Translations under genes and position numbers: made by a program
In this document: positions 36,592 through 50,412 of the stretch, one piece after another
Layout: each line of letters begins with the position of its first letter
How positions within the stretch are numbered: position 1 is the stretch's first letter
The notes under the pieces: generated by a model
What the model saw: the letters and a program-made list of their open reading frames with translations, nothing else
Database searches by the model: none
What the model was told of the DNA's origin: nothing
Assembly: GCA_951406725.2 (NCBI GenBank)
Contig: OX597837.1
Location: forward strand, 24,366,001 to 24,430,000
DNA length: 64,000 nt
Reading direction: 5' to 3'
From: Octopus vulgaris
Taxonomy: Eukaryota

Positions 36592-37914
36592 TACATCAAT
36601 AATCAACAAGATGTTCGAAACCATCCTTAAGAAAAGTATGATGCTCCACCTCCAAAACACAGCCTCTATCTCTGATTCCCAACACGGCTTCGTGCCAAAG
36701 AGATCATGCTTGACCAACTTACTGGTAATGGAAGAATTGTGATGATAGTGATGCTGTTGACATCGTTTTATTGGACTTTGCCAAAGCTTTTGACTCGGTA
36801 AACCACCGCCTATTACTTGTCAAGCTTCAAGCATATAGTTTCCATCCGGATATTGTACGATGGGTTGGTGCCTTCCTCTCAGATCGCTCCTTCCAAGTCC
36901 AAGTTAATGGTTCACGGTCCGACGTCTCCAGTGCGAGCAGTGGCGTGCCTCAAGGTCCAGTGCTTGGGCCCTTATTGGTCTTTATTCTTCATAAATGACT
37001 TGCCCGACGACCTCACGCAACACACCCTTCTATTTGCTGACGATATCAAACTGGTCGCTCCTCGCGGTGATATAGAAGATCTTCGTCGATGCCTCCACCA
37101 AATTTGGAGGTGGTCTAACGAATGGGACCTGTGTCTGAACGTGTCAAAGTGCTGTCATCTGCCTGTTGGCTCTCCTCCTGCAACTCAACTTGATTTCCAG
37201 CCAGGTCGTCTGCTGCTGGAGAAGACCGATCAGGTAAAGGACCTGGGTATCTTGGTGGATTCCTCCTTTTCGCCTTCGGCCCAGTGCGTCCATGCTGCCA
37301 ACAAAGCACGCGGAATTCTGTTCTTGATTCGACGGTCATTCGGAATGCTCACAGCAGCCATATTCCTACCACTCTATATCACGCTGGTGAGACCCATATT
37401 GGAGTACGGGATTCAAGCCTCTTCTCCTTATCTCCTCAAAGACATACAGCATCTCGAAAGAGTCCAGAAGCTGGCTACCCGCATGGTTCATGGTCTCAAA
37501 AATTTGTCCTATGAAGAAAGGCTGAGGACGCTCGACCTTTATTCTCTAGAAAAACGCCGCCACCATGGTGATCTCATTCTCACCCACAATATCATAAGCG
37601 GAAAGTGTAACCTCTCGAAAGAGCTGTTCTTCACTCCTGCTCCAGAGCGTCGGCTGCGGGGTCATTCCAAAAAGCTCTACCTGCGACGATTTCATCTCAA
37701 TCGAAGGAGAAGAGCTTTCTCCGTCCGGGTTGCGGATCTGTAGAACAAGCTGCCAGACGAGATGGTGAAGATGCCGACGACCGCTTTGTTCAAAGCCTCC
37801 CTTGACCTCAAGTGGCCTGAACTCTTTACATGAACACCACCCTGTACTTAACTCCATGTCCACCTACATGGCCTTGCTATTTGCTTTTGAGCCAAATTAA
37901 CTAACTAACTAACT
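36592..37914 (+). mobile_element. CR1-clade LINE, 5'-truncated, (TAAC)n tail
   Basis: QHGF, DFAKAFDSV, GVPQG, LFADD, KDLG, LERVQ, with frameshifts. Boundaries are defined by the empty site at 39478-39500. Confidence 0.93.
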
Positions 37915-38118
37915 AAGAGTGTAACGGGTGCTTTTACATTCCACAAGTGCCATTTGCATGACACCAGTATCTGCAAGGCTGCAGTTTTACTTGGCTTCAT
38001 GGGTCTTCTTCTCAAGCACAGCATAATGCCAAATGGACTCTGTCATAGCCTCTGAGAGGCCCAACACTCAAAGCATGGTATAATGCCAAACAGTCTCAGT
38101 CCTTGCCTCCATGAGGCC

Positions 38119-38171
<53 letters not shown>

Positions 38172-39716
38172 TATAGATATATAGATATTAAACATTCTTT
38201 TGTTTTCAAACGAAATTCCTGTAGGAGTGTTTGCCTATTCAGCAATGAAATTTCTCCTTGACAATGAATATATTTGTCAATAAAGGAGTAACTTCCATAC
38301 ACAATATAGATAAGGTTTTTAAGTGGATGTCTAATATTTGAAAAAGAGAATGTTATCTCTACTTGCTCTGATAGTCATCTCACTGAAAAGCTACCTTTCT
38401 ACATATTTCTCAGACACTCTGGAAACATTCGTCATGAGAAAAATATTACATTGAAAGACTTGGTAGTTTACAAAGTTCAATAATTATATAAATACTGTAA
38501 GCCAGTGTTTCTCAACCTGTATGACTTGTATTTCAATATTACAGAAAAAACATATACACAACCAGTTATATCATCATCATCATTTTAACATTTACTTTTA
38601 CACACACTCATATTAATCAAAGTGTACAGAATTATATATATCCATTGTAACTCATCTTATCAGTCAGTTTCACACTGGGTATTAAACTGTGCATTAGATA
38701 ACAGCACCACTTGCATGATATAGTCTGCTCATCAGAGTTGGCATGATTGGAAAAAAATGCGTCCAAAATAATTTTTCCATCGTCTCGACTTAACAACCCT
38801 CATCGTTTGTTTCTACTGTGTTATTCTCCTTGTCCTGTCTTTTACTGTTTTTATTTGTATTGGTTTTACTATCCTGTTCTTGTAACCATTTTTACCCTTC
38901 CACAAAAAATTCCAAATTTTATTTAATTTGCTTTGCAGGAAGGACTGTTTCAACGAAGTCGCGTCTTGTCCTTACCTTCGAAACGCGGAGTAGCCGAAAC
39001 AGGGACAAGTGAAGAAGGGGAATATTCCTTGTGTTGTATGTTTGTACTCTGTTTTTTCGTTGTTTGAAAAGAAGTCTGTTTCCATATTTTTGTTTTTATG
39101 TTTTCATTTCTCATTGTGTTCAACATTGTTTTGGTATCCTGTACCCATATATGCATGTATATATACATATAGATGTAGGTATGTACATATATGTATGTAT
39201 ATATGCATATGTTTATATATTATTTTGTTATTATATATATATATACACATTTTATTTTCAATATTAATAAGATTCTACTTTTGTGACCCCTTTCAAAATT
39301 AGACCAACACTTGTTTGGGTAGGAAACTAGTGCCCAAGATAAACTTGGTATAGCCTTTACTAATTACTGAGTGAATTTACTAATTCCTCATCATAATCAT
39401 TTAACATTTGCTGTCCATGCTGGCATGGGTTGGACAGATTGACCACGGCTGGCAACCTGGAAGGCTGTACCAAAATCCAACCACTCCAAGAGTGTAACGG
39501 GTGCTTTTACATGCCACAAGTACCATTTGCGTGACACCAGTATCTGCTATGACTGCAGTTTTACTTGGTTTGATTCATCTTCTTAAGCACAGCATAACAC
39601 CAAATGCACTCTGTAATAGCCTCTGAGAGGCCCAACACTCAAAGCATGGCAAATGGTTTCAGTCCTTGCCTCCATGAGGCTCACTATATATATATATATA
39701 TATCTATATATATATA

Positions 39717-39935
39717 TAAGGTGAGCTGGCAGAACCGTTAGCACGCCGGGCGAAATGCGTAGCCGTATTTCGTCTGCCGTTATGTTCTGAGTTCAAATTC
39801 CGCCGAGGTCGACTTATCCTTTCAGGGTCGATAAATTAAGCACCAGTTACGCACTGGGGTCGATATAATCGACTTAATCTCTTTGTCTGTCCTTGTTTGT
39901 CCCCCTCTGTGTTTAGCCCCTTGTGGGTAGTAAAG

Positions 39936-39941
<6 letters not shown>
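39717..39941 (+). mobile_element. SINE family D (~230 bp, central domain resembling the Meta-SINE domain)
   Basis: Head GGTGAGCTGGCAGAA, B box GAGTTCAAATTCC, core CCTTTCRGGGTCGATAAATTAAGYACCAG. Confidence 0.8.
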
Positions 39942-39964
<23 letters not shown>

Positions 39965-39974
<10 letters not shown>

Positions 39975-40232
39975 TAAATTAGAGATAAAACCACTATTAG
40001 GCAAATCAAACAGTGAAAAACATAAACCAATACATAAAATTAATTTAATTTATATTATTTTAAATATATATCAAAAGTATTAAAAGTTTAATAAAAGATC
40101 TTTTATTAAACTTTTAATACTTTTGATATATATTTAAAATAATATAAATTAAATTAATTTTATGTATTGGTTTATGTTTTTCACTGTTTGATTTGCCTAA
40201 TAGTGGTTTTATCTCTAATTTAATATAATATA
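39965..40232. repeat. Perfect 268-bp palindrome without spacer
   Basis: Centre AGA|TCT at 40098/40099. No mismatch was found between the arms by manual comparison. Confidence 0.93.
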
Positions 40233-40469
40233 ATATAATCATCATCATCATCATCATCATCATTTAGCGTCCGTTTTCCATGCTAGCATGGGTTGGACGG
40301 TTCTGCTGGGGTCTGTGAAGCCAGAAGGCTTCATCAGGCCCAGTCAAATCTGGCAGTGTTTCTACGGCTGGATGCCCTTCCTAACGCCAAATATATATAT
40401 TTATACTTTAAAATTGGATTTAATCCTAAATCGGATTTTTCCCTGTAAGTTTGGATTTATTCCCTAATA

Positions 40470-40500
<31 letters not shown>

Positions 40501-41199
40501 TAGATAGATAGATATTAAACATTCTTTTGTTTTCAAAAGAAATTCCTGTGAGACTGTTTATTTATTCAGCAATGAAATTTCTCCTTGACAATTTGTCAAT
40601 AAAGGAGTAACTTCCATACACAATATAGATAAGGTTTTTAAGCAGATGTCTAATATTTGATAAGAGATTGTTATGTCAACTTGCTCCAATAATCAACTCA
40701 CTGAAAAGCTACCTTTCTACATATTTCTCAGACACTCTGGAAACATTCGTCATGAGAAAAATATTACATTGAAAGACAAAATAAGGTTACAAAGTTCAAT
40801 AATTATATAAATACTGTAAGCCAATGTTTCTTAACCTGTATGACTTGTATTTCAATATTACAGAAAAAATATATACACAACCAGTTATATCATCATCATC
40901 ATCATTTTACTTTCACACACACACATATTAATCAAAGTGTACAGGATTATATATATCCATTGTAACTCATCTTATCAGTCAGTTTCACACTGGGTATTAA
41001 GCTGTGCATTAGATAACGGCACATTGAACCTGGCAAAAGAAATCCAGAAGTATTCAACCTCTACTATCTACCCAAGGCAAAAAGCACCCTTGCTACTGCC
41101 ACTGAGTAGCAACAATAACAACAATAACAACAAACATGATGTGCAGAAATGCAAAGAAGCTGCTGCCTTAACAACAACATTCCTCCTTTATGCCAAAGG

Positions 41200-42790
41200 T
41201 ATCAACCCAGTCATCAAAGGCTCAAAAATGGAAAATCCTCTACATCAAGGGATAGATTGCAGCACACTCACATCCAATGCATTTCTTTGTCCTGAGACCC
41301 ACCTACATGACTGTCATTCCAAGAATGCCTTGAGAAGATCAAATCTTTCTTCCTGCAATGTAACCCAGGAAATATTCTGATGATGGGTGACTTCAACCTA
41401 CACTCTGTAGATTGGTCTACTAATATTGATAGACCTGGAACCTTCATCTCAAGCTCAGACAAAGCAGCAGTGGAGTTACTTTTTAAATTTATGGATAATT
41501 TTTTCTTGTTACAGCTTGTCCATGAACCAACCAAAAATAACCCAAGCAGACATGCTAACACTATTCAGAACATCACAGTGGAAAGAACCCTCCTCTCCGA
41601 TCATGACATAGTAATCTGTAACCTCAATCTTCAGCATCCAAAAATTTGGCATAAATCACTAACTCCAGTACACCAATTTGATAACATGATTTACACAAGT
41701 CAAACTGGGCACGTATAAGAGGGCCACTATGAATAGCAGTGGCCCCAAGACAGTGGCCTATGGAACACCACTTGCTATTTGTGTTTCCTTGGAGGTGGAT
41801 CCTTTGGCCACTACTACTGCCTGACATCTTTCCTTTAGAAAGTTGTGCAACCATTCTCCAAGTTTTCCACATATGCCGAAATTGTGTAGTTGACCAAAGT
41901 CAACTGTTTTGCAAAATCGAGGTATATCACATCCACGCTTGAGTCATTCAGCAGCTGTTTTAACACCCAGTGCAGGAGCTGTGTCAGACAGCTTCTTCCT
42001 GGATGAAATCCATGCTGGGTGTCAGCCAGTAAGTCAGTTTCTTGCAGACTATTCATTCCATGATTTTACTGATGTGTGAGGTCAGAGAAATAGGCCTAGA
42101 ATTTTTAGCATCTGCTCTGCTTCCTCTCTTATGGATAAGGCATATTATCCCTTCCTTCAGTTTATCTGGGAGCATACCACTTGCAAGGAAGTTCTGGAAG
42201 AGAAACTGCAGTGGTTTTGTAAGGGCTCGCTTGCATGATTTGAGTAGGACCACTGCAAATCCATCCGGCCAGCCACTGAGTTTGTGTCAGCCTCATCTAT
42301 GGCCAGTATTACAATGTTTATGAACTCAATTTTTTCAACCTCTTTGGTTTTAGGTATTGTGATAAAGAATTCTGCTGGTTTGTTCACTTGCCTGTGTCCC
42401 AGTGGTGTACTAAACACACTTTGGAACTGTTCATTCAGTATTTCACTTACCCTCATGGGGTTTCCGGTGAGGGAGCCACCTTTTTGGAAGGGGGATCCAA
42501 TCTTGTGACATACTGAGCATACTGAGGCTGTTTCTTTGGAAAACTTGAGGCTTTAGTGTTTGACTATATATTTTCTATAACCCAAGTTCCTTTCTTTGCT
42601 CTCTCTTTTTCAAGAGACTGATGTGGACGCTTCTCAATCATCACTCATGTCAATACCCAGGTCTCTCACTGATTTAGGCTCTGGGATTGAAAGTCCATGT
42701 GGACTGGTGTACCCTGTAAGTTTCATATTCAGTTTTTGATACTGGTAGCACAGGGCTTAGAAATTTTCAGCATTAAACTGCATATTATTA
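41200..42790. mobile_element. Older rearranged copy of the same LINE group
   Basis: Endonuclease part (MGDFN, SDHD) on + strand 41200-41720. RT part on - strand 41720-42790. Confidence 0.75.
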
Positions 42791-42805
42791 TCCTCAGCCC
42801 ATCTG

Positions 42806-42873
<68 letters not shown>

Positions 42874-42884
42874 TATTTATATAT

Positions 42885-45275
42885 ATTTTTCATTTCATCT
42901 AGTTTCAGCTCACGAGCTGTGGCCATGCTGGGGCACCGCCATTCAGTGTTGCGACATAATTTTACTTCATGAATGCTTTTTAGCAACTGACATTTGGTGC
43001 ATGAGAGAGTTCAATGGAGCTGCCCTCATCTGCACCTCCTGCTGTGAGGTTGGTTCATCTGGGACACCTGACAGGAAGAGATCCAGCTTTATTTTGAAGA
43101 CATCTGCATCCACCCCATGCAGGTCTCTCAAGTCCTTCAGGAGGATATTGAAGAGCTGTGGACCTCTGAAGGTCGCAGTATCGCAGTATCTTGTCCTACA
43201 TCTTGATGGCAAATTTGGAGTCTTTGGCACTATACAGTGGCGCCCAGTTCTAGTATTTGTGTAACTCTCAATGCCAAAGTTTGGGACAAGTCCTTCCAGG
43301 ATCTTCAAGGTGTATATTATGGCATATCTTTCTCGCCTATGCTCTAAGGAATAGAGTCTTAATCTCTTGAGTCTTTCCCAATAGCTTATATGCTGCATAG
43401 AGGCTATCTTCTTTGTGTAGCTTCGTTGGATTGCCTCAAGTTCTGAAATTAATTTGACACTGGTTGGTGACCATAGCTGAGAGCAATAGTCAAAGTGACT
43501 TAGGACAAGTGTCCTCCAGAGGACCATCATGGTTTCCTGGTCTCTTGTTCTAAAAGCTCTAAGAATCCATCCGGTCAGCCACCTAAATTTCATTGCCAAT
43601 TTAGCAACATGCACATGAAAGGTTGCATCATTACTCATGTAAATACCCAGGTCTCACACTGATTGTGCCTCTGGGATTGCAATCCCTCCAGGTCCAGTGT
43701 ATCTATTGGGTATTGCATTTAGTTTTGCATGCTGATAGCATAAAGCTTGAAACTTTTCAGCATTGAACTGCATGCTATTCTTTTCATATTCTTTGTATAT
43801 TTTGTCCAGCTCACATTGCAGGTGCATAGTGTCTTCAGGGTTCTGTATTGCCTGTGAAACTTTTGTATCATCTGCATAACTTGTGATTGTGGCTCTCTGC
43901 GTGGCTGAGGGCATGTCTGAGAGGGCCATTATGAACAGTAGTGGTCCCAAAACAGTGCCTTGCGGAACACTGCTCACTATTTGCGTGTTAATGGAAGTGG
44001 CCCCATTGGCTACTACCACCTGACTTCTATCCTTCAGAAAGTCATAAGCCATTCTCCCAATTTTCCAACTATGCCAAGATCACGCAGTTTGTGACAGATC
44101 ATTCCATGATCGACTTTATCAAAGGCCTTTGCAAAGTCGAGATATATGACTTCCACATTTGAGTGGTTGAGCAGTCATTTCAGCACCCAGTCATAGTGTT
44201 GTAGGAGCTGAGTTAGGCAGCTTCTTCCTGGTCGGAAACCATGTTGGGTGTCAAGCAGCAAGTCATTTTCTTCAAGGAAGGTGATTAGTTTCCTTCTGAC
44301 TATTCATTCCATGACCTTACTGATGTGTGAGGTCAGAGAGATAGGTCTGTAGTTCTTGGCCTCCACTCTGCTACCTCCTTTATGAATAGGGCATATTTTA
44401 CCTTCCTTCAGTTTTCTTGGAAGTTTGCCAGTTGCAAGGAAGCTCTGAAAGAGGAACTGCAGTGGTCTTGCTAGGACTCTCTTACATACTTTAAGAAGGA
44501 TTGCTGGGAATCCATAGGGGCCAGCAGCTGAGTTTGTTTTCATTTCATCTATAGCCTTTATTACATCGCCTTCCTCTATATTGATGTAATCAATCATCAC
44601 TGCCTCTGATTTTATATCTGCAGTGAAAGAAGTCAGTTGGATTGCTGACTTGAAAATACCCTAGGGGTGGAGTGAAAATACTCTTGAATTGCTCATTTCG
44701 TATTTCACTTATCCTCATTGGATTTCCTGTGAGTGTGCCATCCTTTTCAAGGAGTGGCTCTATCCTACAGTGCACCATAGCTGTTTGTTTGGCATACCTG
44801 TAGAAAGCTCTGGGATTAGATTTTATGTTGTCTATAGCCCAGGCTTCTTTGTCTGCTCTTTCTTTTTCATGGGACAGTTGCAGACATTTTTCAATTTCCA
44901 ACAGCTTTATTTTCAGGCAGGAATTTTCACTGCTTCCAATTTGTTTGTTTAGGCAATTTGAAACTTTTGTACGCCGTCTCATTAGAATTTTCCTCTCTCT
45001 GGGGATTTTGTTCCTGTGTATAGTGGCCTTTCTCTTTGGGACACATTTGTAGCATATGGCTTGCATTACAGACATGAATTGTTGAAGTTTCATGTCGATG
45101 TCTGGCGAGGAGAGACATTCAGGCCAGTTTTGTTTGAGGATCTCTTTCTCAATTTGTTTCCAGTTTGCCTTATGGAAGTTCAAGCTGGAAAGATTCTGAG
45201 AGTTTCTTGTAGACTGCATGTCCATGCTTTCCTTTGGCCCGTACATGGTCAACTCTACCATGTTGTGATCTGAGA
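42885..45275 (-). mobile_element. CR1-group LINE, 5'-truncated (~2.4 kb), between TA tracts
   Basis: SDHNMV, NYRPISLTSH, QHGF, DFAKAFDKV, VPQGTVLGP, YADDTK, SYWERL, with stops and frameshifts. 3' stem-loop tail. Confidence 0.93.
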
Positions 45276-46010
45276 TATATACATACATATATATATATAT
45301 ACATACATATATATATATACATATATACATATATATACATATATATATACATATATATATACACATATATATACACATATATATACACATATATACATAT
45401 ATATATACATATATACATATATATATACACACATATATATACACATATATACATATATATATACACATATATATACACATATATACATATATATATACAT
45501 ATATATATACACATATATATACACACATATCTACACACATATATATATATATATATATACATATATATACACATATATACATATATATATACACATATAT
45601 ATACACATATATACATATATATACACACATATATATACACATATATACATATATATATACACATATATACATATATATATACACATATATATACACATAT
45701 ATACATATATATATACATATATATATACACATATATATACACATATATATACACATATATATACACACATATATATACACATATATATACACATATATAT
45801 ATACACATATATATATATACATATATACATATATACATATACATATATACATATACATATATACATATATACATATACATATATACATATACATATATAC
45901 ATATACATATATACATATATATATACATATATATATACACATATATATACACATAAACATATATATATACATATATATATACACATATATATACACATAT
46001 ATATACACAC

Positions 46011-46041
<31 letters not shown>

Positions 46042-46341
46042 TATATACATATATATACACATATATATACACATATATATATATATATATACACATATAT
46101 ATATACATATATATACACATATATATACACATATATATATATATATACACATATATATATACATATATATATATACATATATATACATATATATATATAC
46201 ATATATATATACACATATATATATACACATATATATACATATATATATATACACATATATATATATATACATATATACACATATATACACATATATACAC
46301 ATATATATACATATATATATACACATATATATATACATATA
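45276..46341. repeat. Complex (TA/CA)n microsatellite, ~1.07 kb
   Basis: Direct reading. Similar tracts at 47495-47680, 48100-48825, 49292-49810, 57195-57710 and 59750-60110. Confidence 0.97.
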
Positions 46342-47494
46342 TCTCTCTCTATATAAAGGGCAGTTTGTCTGTCTGTGTGTCTGTGTCTCTGTCAGGTTGT
46401 ACCCTCACCCTGACCACGGCTTTCAACCGATTCTGATGAAACTTGACACACACATAGCCCAATGTCAAAATTCAAAACTAACGCAGCAAAAATTTTGAAA
46501 AGTTCCCCCAGTTCTGAAAAGAATCGATAAATTCGACATGGGGTCGAGAATCTAAGCTTTTTATATGCAACACATTTTCTGTTGTAGTTTTCGCAACTTG
46601 CAATCGATTTTCACCAAACTCATGATGAAGCTTAATGTTACCCTAAGAAACTTAATTCTGACGTTAGTTTTCCATGCAATACCTTACCATCAGAAAAAAA
46701 TCGATAAAATCATGCCATTTTGGGAAATCGCGTTCAAATTCAAGATGACATATTTTCGACAATATCTTTCACAAATTGGCAGGAATTTTTTTTTAAATTC
46801 ACAGCGAGCATCATGTCTGCTCCAAGGAGCTATATGGCCCTTTTTATTCCAATAGGATACTTTCTTACTGGAAAAAATCGGTTAATTAAATCATATGTGG
46901 CACACATAGCAAACCGATTTGTGTATTAAACACGAACCACAGACTGTCTAGGGGACGCAACTCGACCTTTTTAACTCTTGGAACACGTGGGGTAAGTATC
47001 CCAAAATGTATAAAAATGTACAAAAACGGCAAAAAAGCGGGCAGCAATGTGAGTGACAACAATGAAAAAGCCAAAAGTGACCAAACTGAACAAACGAATG
47101 GAAAAGGTTTTTTGGTGCACACGACAAAAGCAGTTTATGATAAACCAAGAGTTTGCAAGTAGCGTCCGAATACCTTTAGGGTACGTCAAAAATTTAAGGT
47201 AAAACGTTTGGGGTGGTAGTTATAAAGAAAGTTTAAACAAAAAAAGCATTCGAATAACTTGCGGCTGCAGCAGCTATTATTATTGGGGGTAAAGTCTCGA
47301 ATGTAATTTCTTCCTGGTAGGAATTGGTTGGGTTGAATTATCGATAGCTGTTTGATAGTTATTTGGGAGTGAAGAGAAGACATTGCAACCTACACATGCG
47401 CCTTCATTCCCTAGAGGGAAAGGACTAGATTGGGATTAGTCGTTGCCTACTAGGGGCTCTTACATACCCGGGCAGCGCCGGGCTATGCTGCTAG
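46342..47494 (+). mobile_element. Non-autonomous Helitron
   Basis: 5' TC start (TCTCTCTCTATATAAAGG) followed by (TGTC)n. 3' GC hairpin CCCGGGCAGCGCCGGG then CTAG. Inserted between A and T without a TSD. Confidence 0.8.
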
Positions 47495-47679
47495 TATATA
47501 CATATATATATATATACATATATAGATATATATATATACATATATATACACATACATATATATATATACATATATATAAACATACATATATATGCATATA
47601 TATATATACATATATATACGTACTTATATATATACATATCTACATACATATATATGCATATATATATATACATATATAT

Positions 47680-48099
47680 ACTCTTTACTTGTTTCAGTCA
47701 GTTCCTTTTTTTTTTTTTACTGCGGCCATGCTGGAGCACCGCCTTTAATCGAGCAACTCGACCCCGGGACTTATTCTTTTGTAAGCCCAGTACTTATTCT
47801 ATCGGTTTCTTTTGCCAAACCGCTAAGTAACGGGGACATAAGCACACCAGCATCGGTTGTCAAGCAATGCCAGGGGGACAGACACAGACACACAAACACA
47901 CACATGCACATATATATATATATATATACATATATACGACGGGCTTCTTTCAGTTTCCGTCTACCAAATCCACTCACAAGGCTTTGGTCGGCCCGAGGCT
48001 ATAGTAGAAGACACTTGCCCAAGGTGCCACGCAGCGGGACTGAACCCGGAACCATGTGGTTGGTAAACAAACTACTTACCACACAGCCACTCCTGCGCC
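47680..48099 (-). mobile_element. SINE family A
   Basis: Full-length homologue within a TA-rich tract. Confidence 0.9.
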
Positions 48100-48354
48100 T
48101 ATACGTACTTATATATATACATATCTACATACATATATATACGTACTTATATATATACATATCTACATACATATATATACGTACTTATATATATACATAT
48201 CTACATACATATATATACGTACTTACATATATATACATATATATACGCACTTATATATATACATACAAATACATATCTATATATGTACATATATATATAT
48301 ACATCCATATATATGCATATCTATATATACATATCTATATACATACATATCTAT

Positions 48355-48397
<43 letters not shown>

Positions 48398-48716
48398 TTC
48401 ATAATATATATATATACATATATATATACATATATTCATAATATATATATATACATATATATATACATATATCATATATATATATATATATACATATATA
48501 CATACATACATATATATATACATATATACATACATGTATATACATATATACATACATATATATATATACATATATACATACATATATATATATATACATA
48601 TATTATACATACATATCTATATATATCTAAACATACATATATACATATACATACATATATATACAAATATAAAGATACATATATATATACATGCATATAT
48701 ATAAAAACATACATAC

Positions 48717-48765
<49 letters not shown>

Positions 48766-48774
48766 TACATGTGT

Positions 48775-48823
<49 letters not shown>

Positions 48824-48827
48824 GATA

Positions 48828-49292
48828 TAAATCCTTAAATCCTTAAAAATGTTTTAGCCCAAAGGCCGCGGCCATGCTGGGGCACCACCACTGAATGAGC
48901 TACACTAATATGTGAATCCACCTCTGATACGTGGCACTTGATCAACAAGGGAGTTCGATGCTGCCGCCCGCATCTGCGTCTCCTGTCGTGAGGTAGGTTC
49001 ATCTGGGACTCCCGACAAGAAGAGATCCAGTTTAGTTTTAAAGAAACCTACATCCACACCATGTAAGTCTCTCAGGAATTTAGGGAGGATGTTAAAGAGA
49101 TGTGATCCTCTGAAACCCAAGCTGTTGCAGTATCTGGACCTGTATTTTGATGGTGATGTTGGAATCTTTGGCACCATACAGTGGCGCCCCATTCTGCGGT
49201 TGGGGTAACTTTGAATGCCAAAGTTTGGGACAAGACCCTCCAAGATTTTCCAGATGTATATCACCGCATATCTCTCCCGCCTCCGCTCTAGA
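48828..49292 (-). mobile_element. CR1-group LINE 3' fragment
   Basis: [25 protein letters not shown]...GVPDEPT, then stem-loop tail and (TTTAAGGA)n. Confidence 0.9.
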
Positions 49293-49311
49293 TATATATA
49301 CATATATACAC

Positions 49312-49343
<32 letters not shown>

Positions 49344-50221
49344 ATACATATATACACATGTATACATATATACACATATATACATATATACACATGTATA
49401 CATATATACACATATATACATATATACACATGTATACATATATACATATATATATATATATACATGTACACATATATACATGTATATATACATATATATA
49501 TACACATATATATATATACATATATATATACACACACATACACTTATATACATATACATTTATATACACACATATACAAATATATATACATATATATATA
49601 CACATATATATATACACACACACATACAGATACACATATATATACATACATATACATATACATATACACACACATACATATATACACACATATCTATGTA
49701 TATATATGTATATCTATATATGTATACATATATTTATATATATACACATATATATACACACACACACATATATATATATGCACATATATGTATATGTATA
49801 TATATGTGTATTTCTTCATATGTGCTATTAGGCTTTAGGTGTATTTTGCTGAGTGCTATACATAAGGCTTGATAGCACGCAACAAGGTCACTCAGAAAGG
49901 GAATTTGGATTCTGTTACTGAGTTGTAACTGTCCGCAAATATTTAGAAAGATTGCAGATGTGAACATTTGCGCTAATACCAGTGGTGGCTCCTCTGGAAC
50001 TAATGACTGTGTTGGTTTTGTACTTAGGTGGAAATGACTAACTCTGAAACTGATGGTTGCCTGGTCAATTGCTGTACAATCTTTAGTGCCACATATAAAA
50101 AAGGATTGTTGCTCAGCTGCAGCCCTTATGATGGCATCTAGGTAGGGTTGGCTGTCGGTAGCAGCTTGCACAATATCAGCATTCTTTCATTTTGGTGCAG
50201 GAGAAGTGATTTTTCTCCATA

Positions 50222-50283
<62 letters not shown>

Positions 50284-50377
50284 ATCCAAACAAGAAAGCA
50301 CAAAAAAACACAACAACGCGAGGACCTGGAACAAATATAGTATTATTGGACGCTGAGGAAGGAAGTGAAAAAAGAGG

Positions 50378-50412
50378 GTTTAACGTTTCGAGCAGAGCTC
50401 TTCGTCGGAAAC
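50378..50412 (-). ncRNA. Minimal hammerhead motif, core variant (CCGACGA)
   Basis: Homologue of 63791-63825 within a related ~200-bp repeat (50279-50478). Confidence 0.5.

Larger units (their letters stand above)
36377..41022 (+). repeat. Local tandem segmental duplication (copy 1 36377-38708, copy 2 39246-41022)
   Basis: About 1 kb of shared backbone, each copy carrying different later insertions. Confidence 0.9.

Noticed and set aside
44590-49872. Long Y/I/C/V/H/T-rich ORFs (up to 582 aa)
   Set aside because: They are translations of TA/CA microsatellites, some running into LINE ORF2 fragments.
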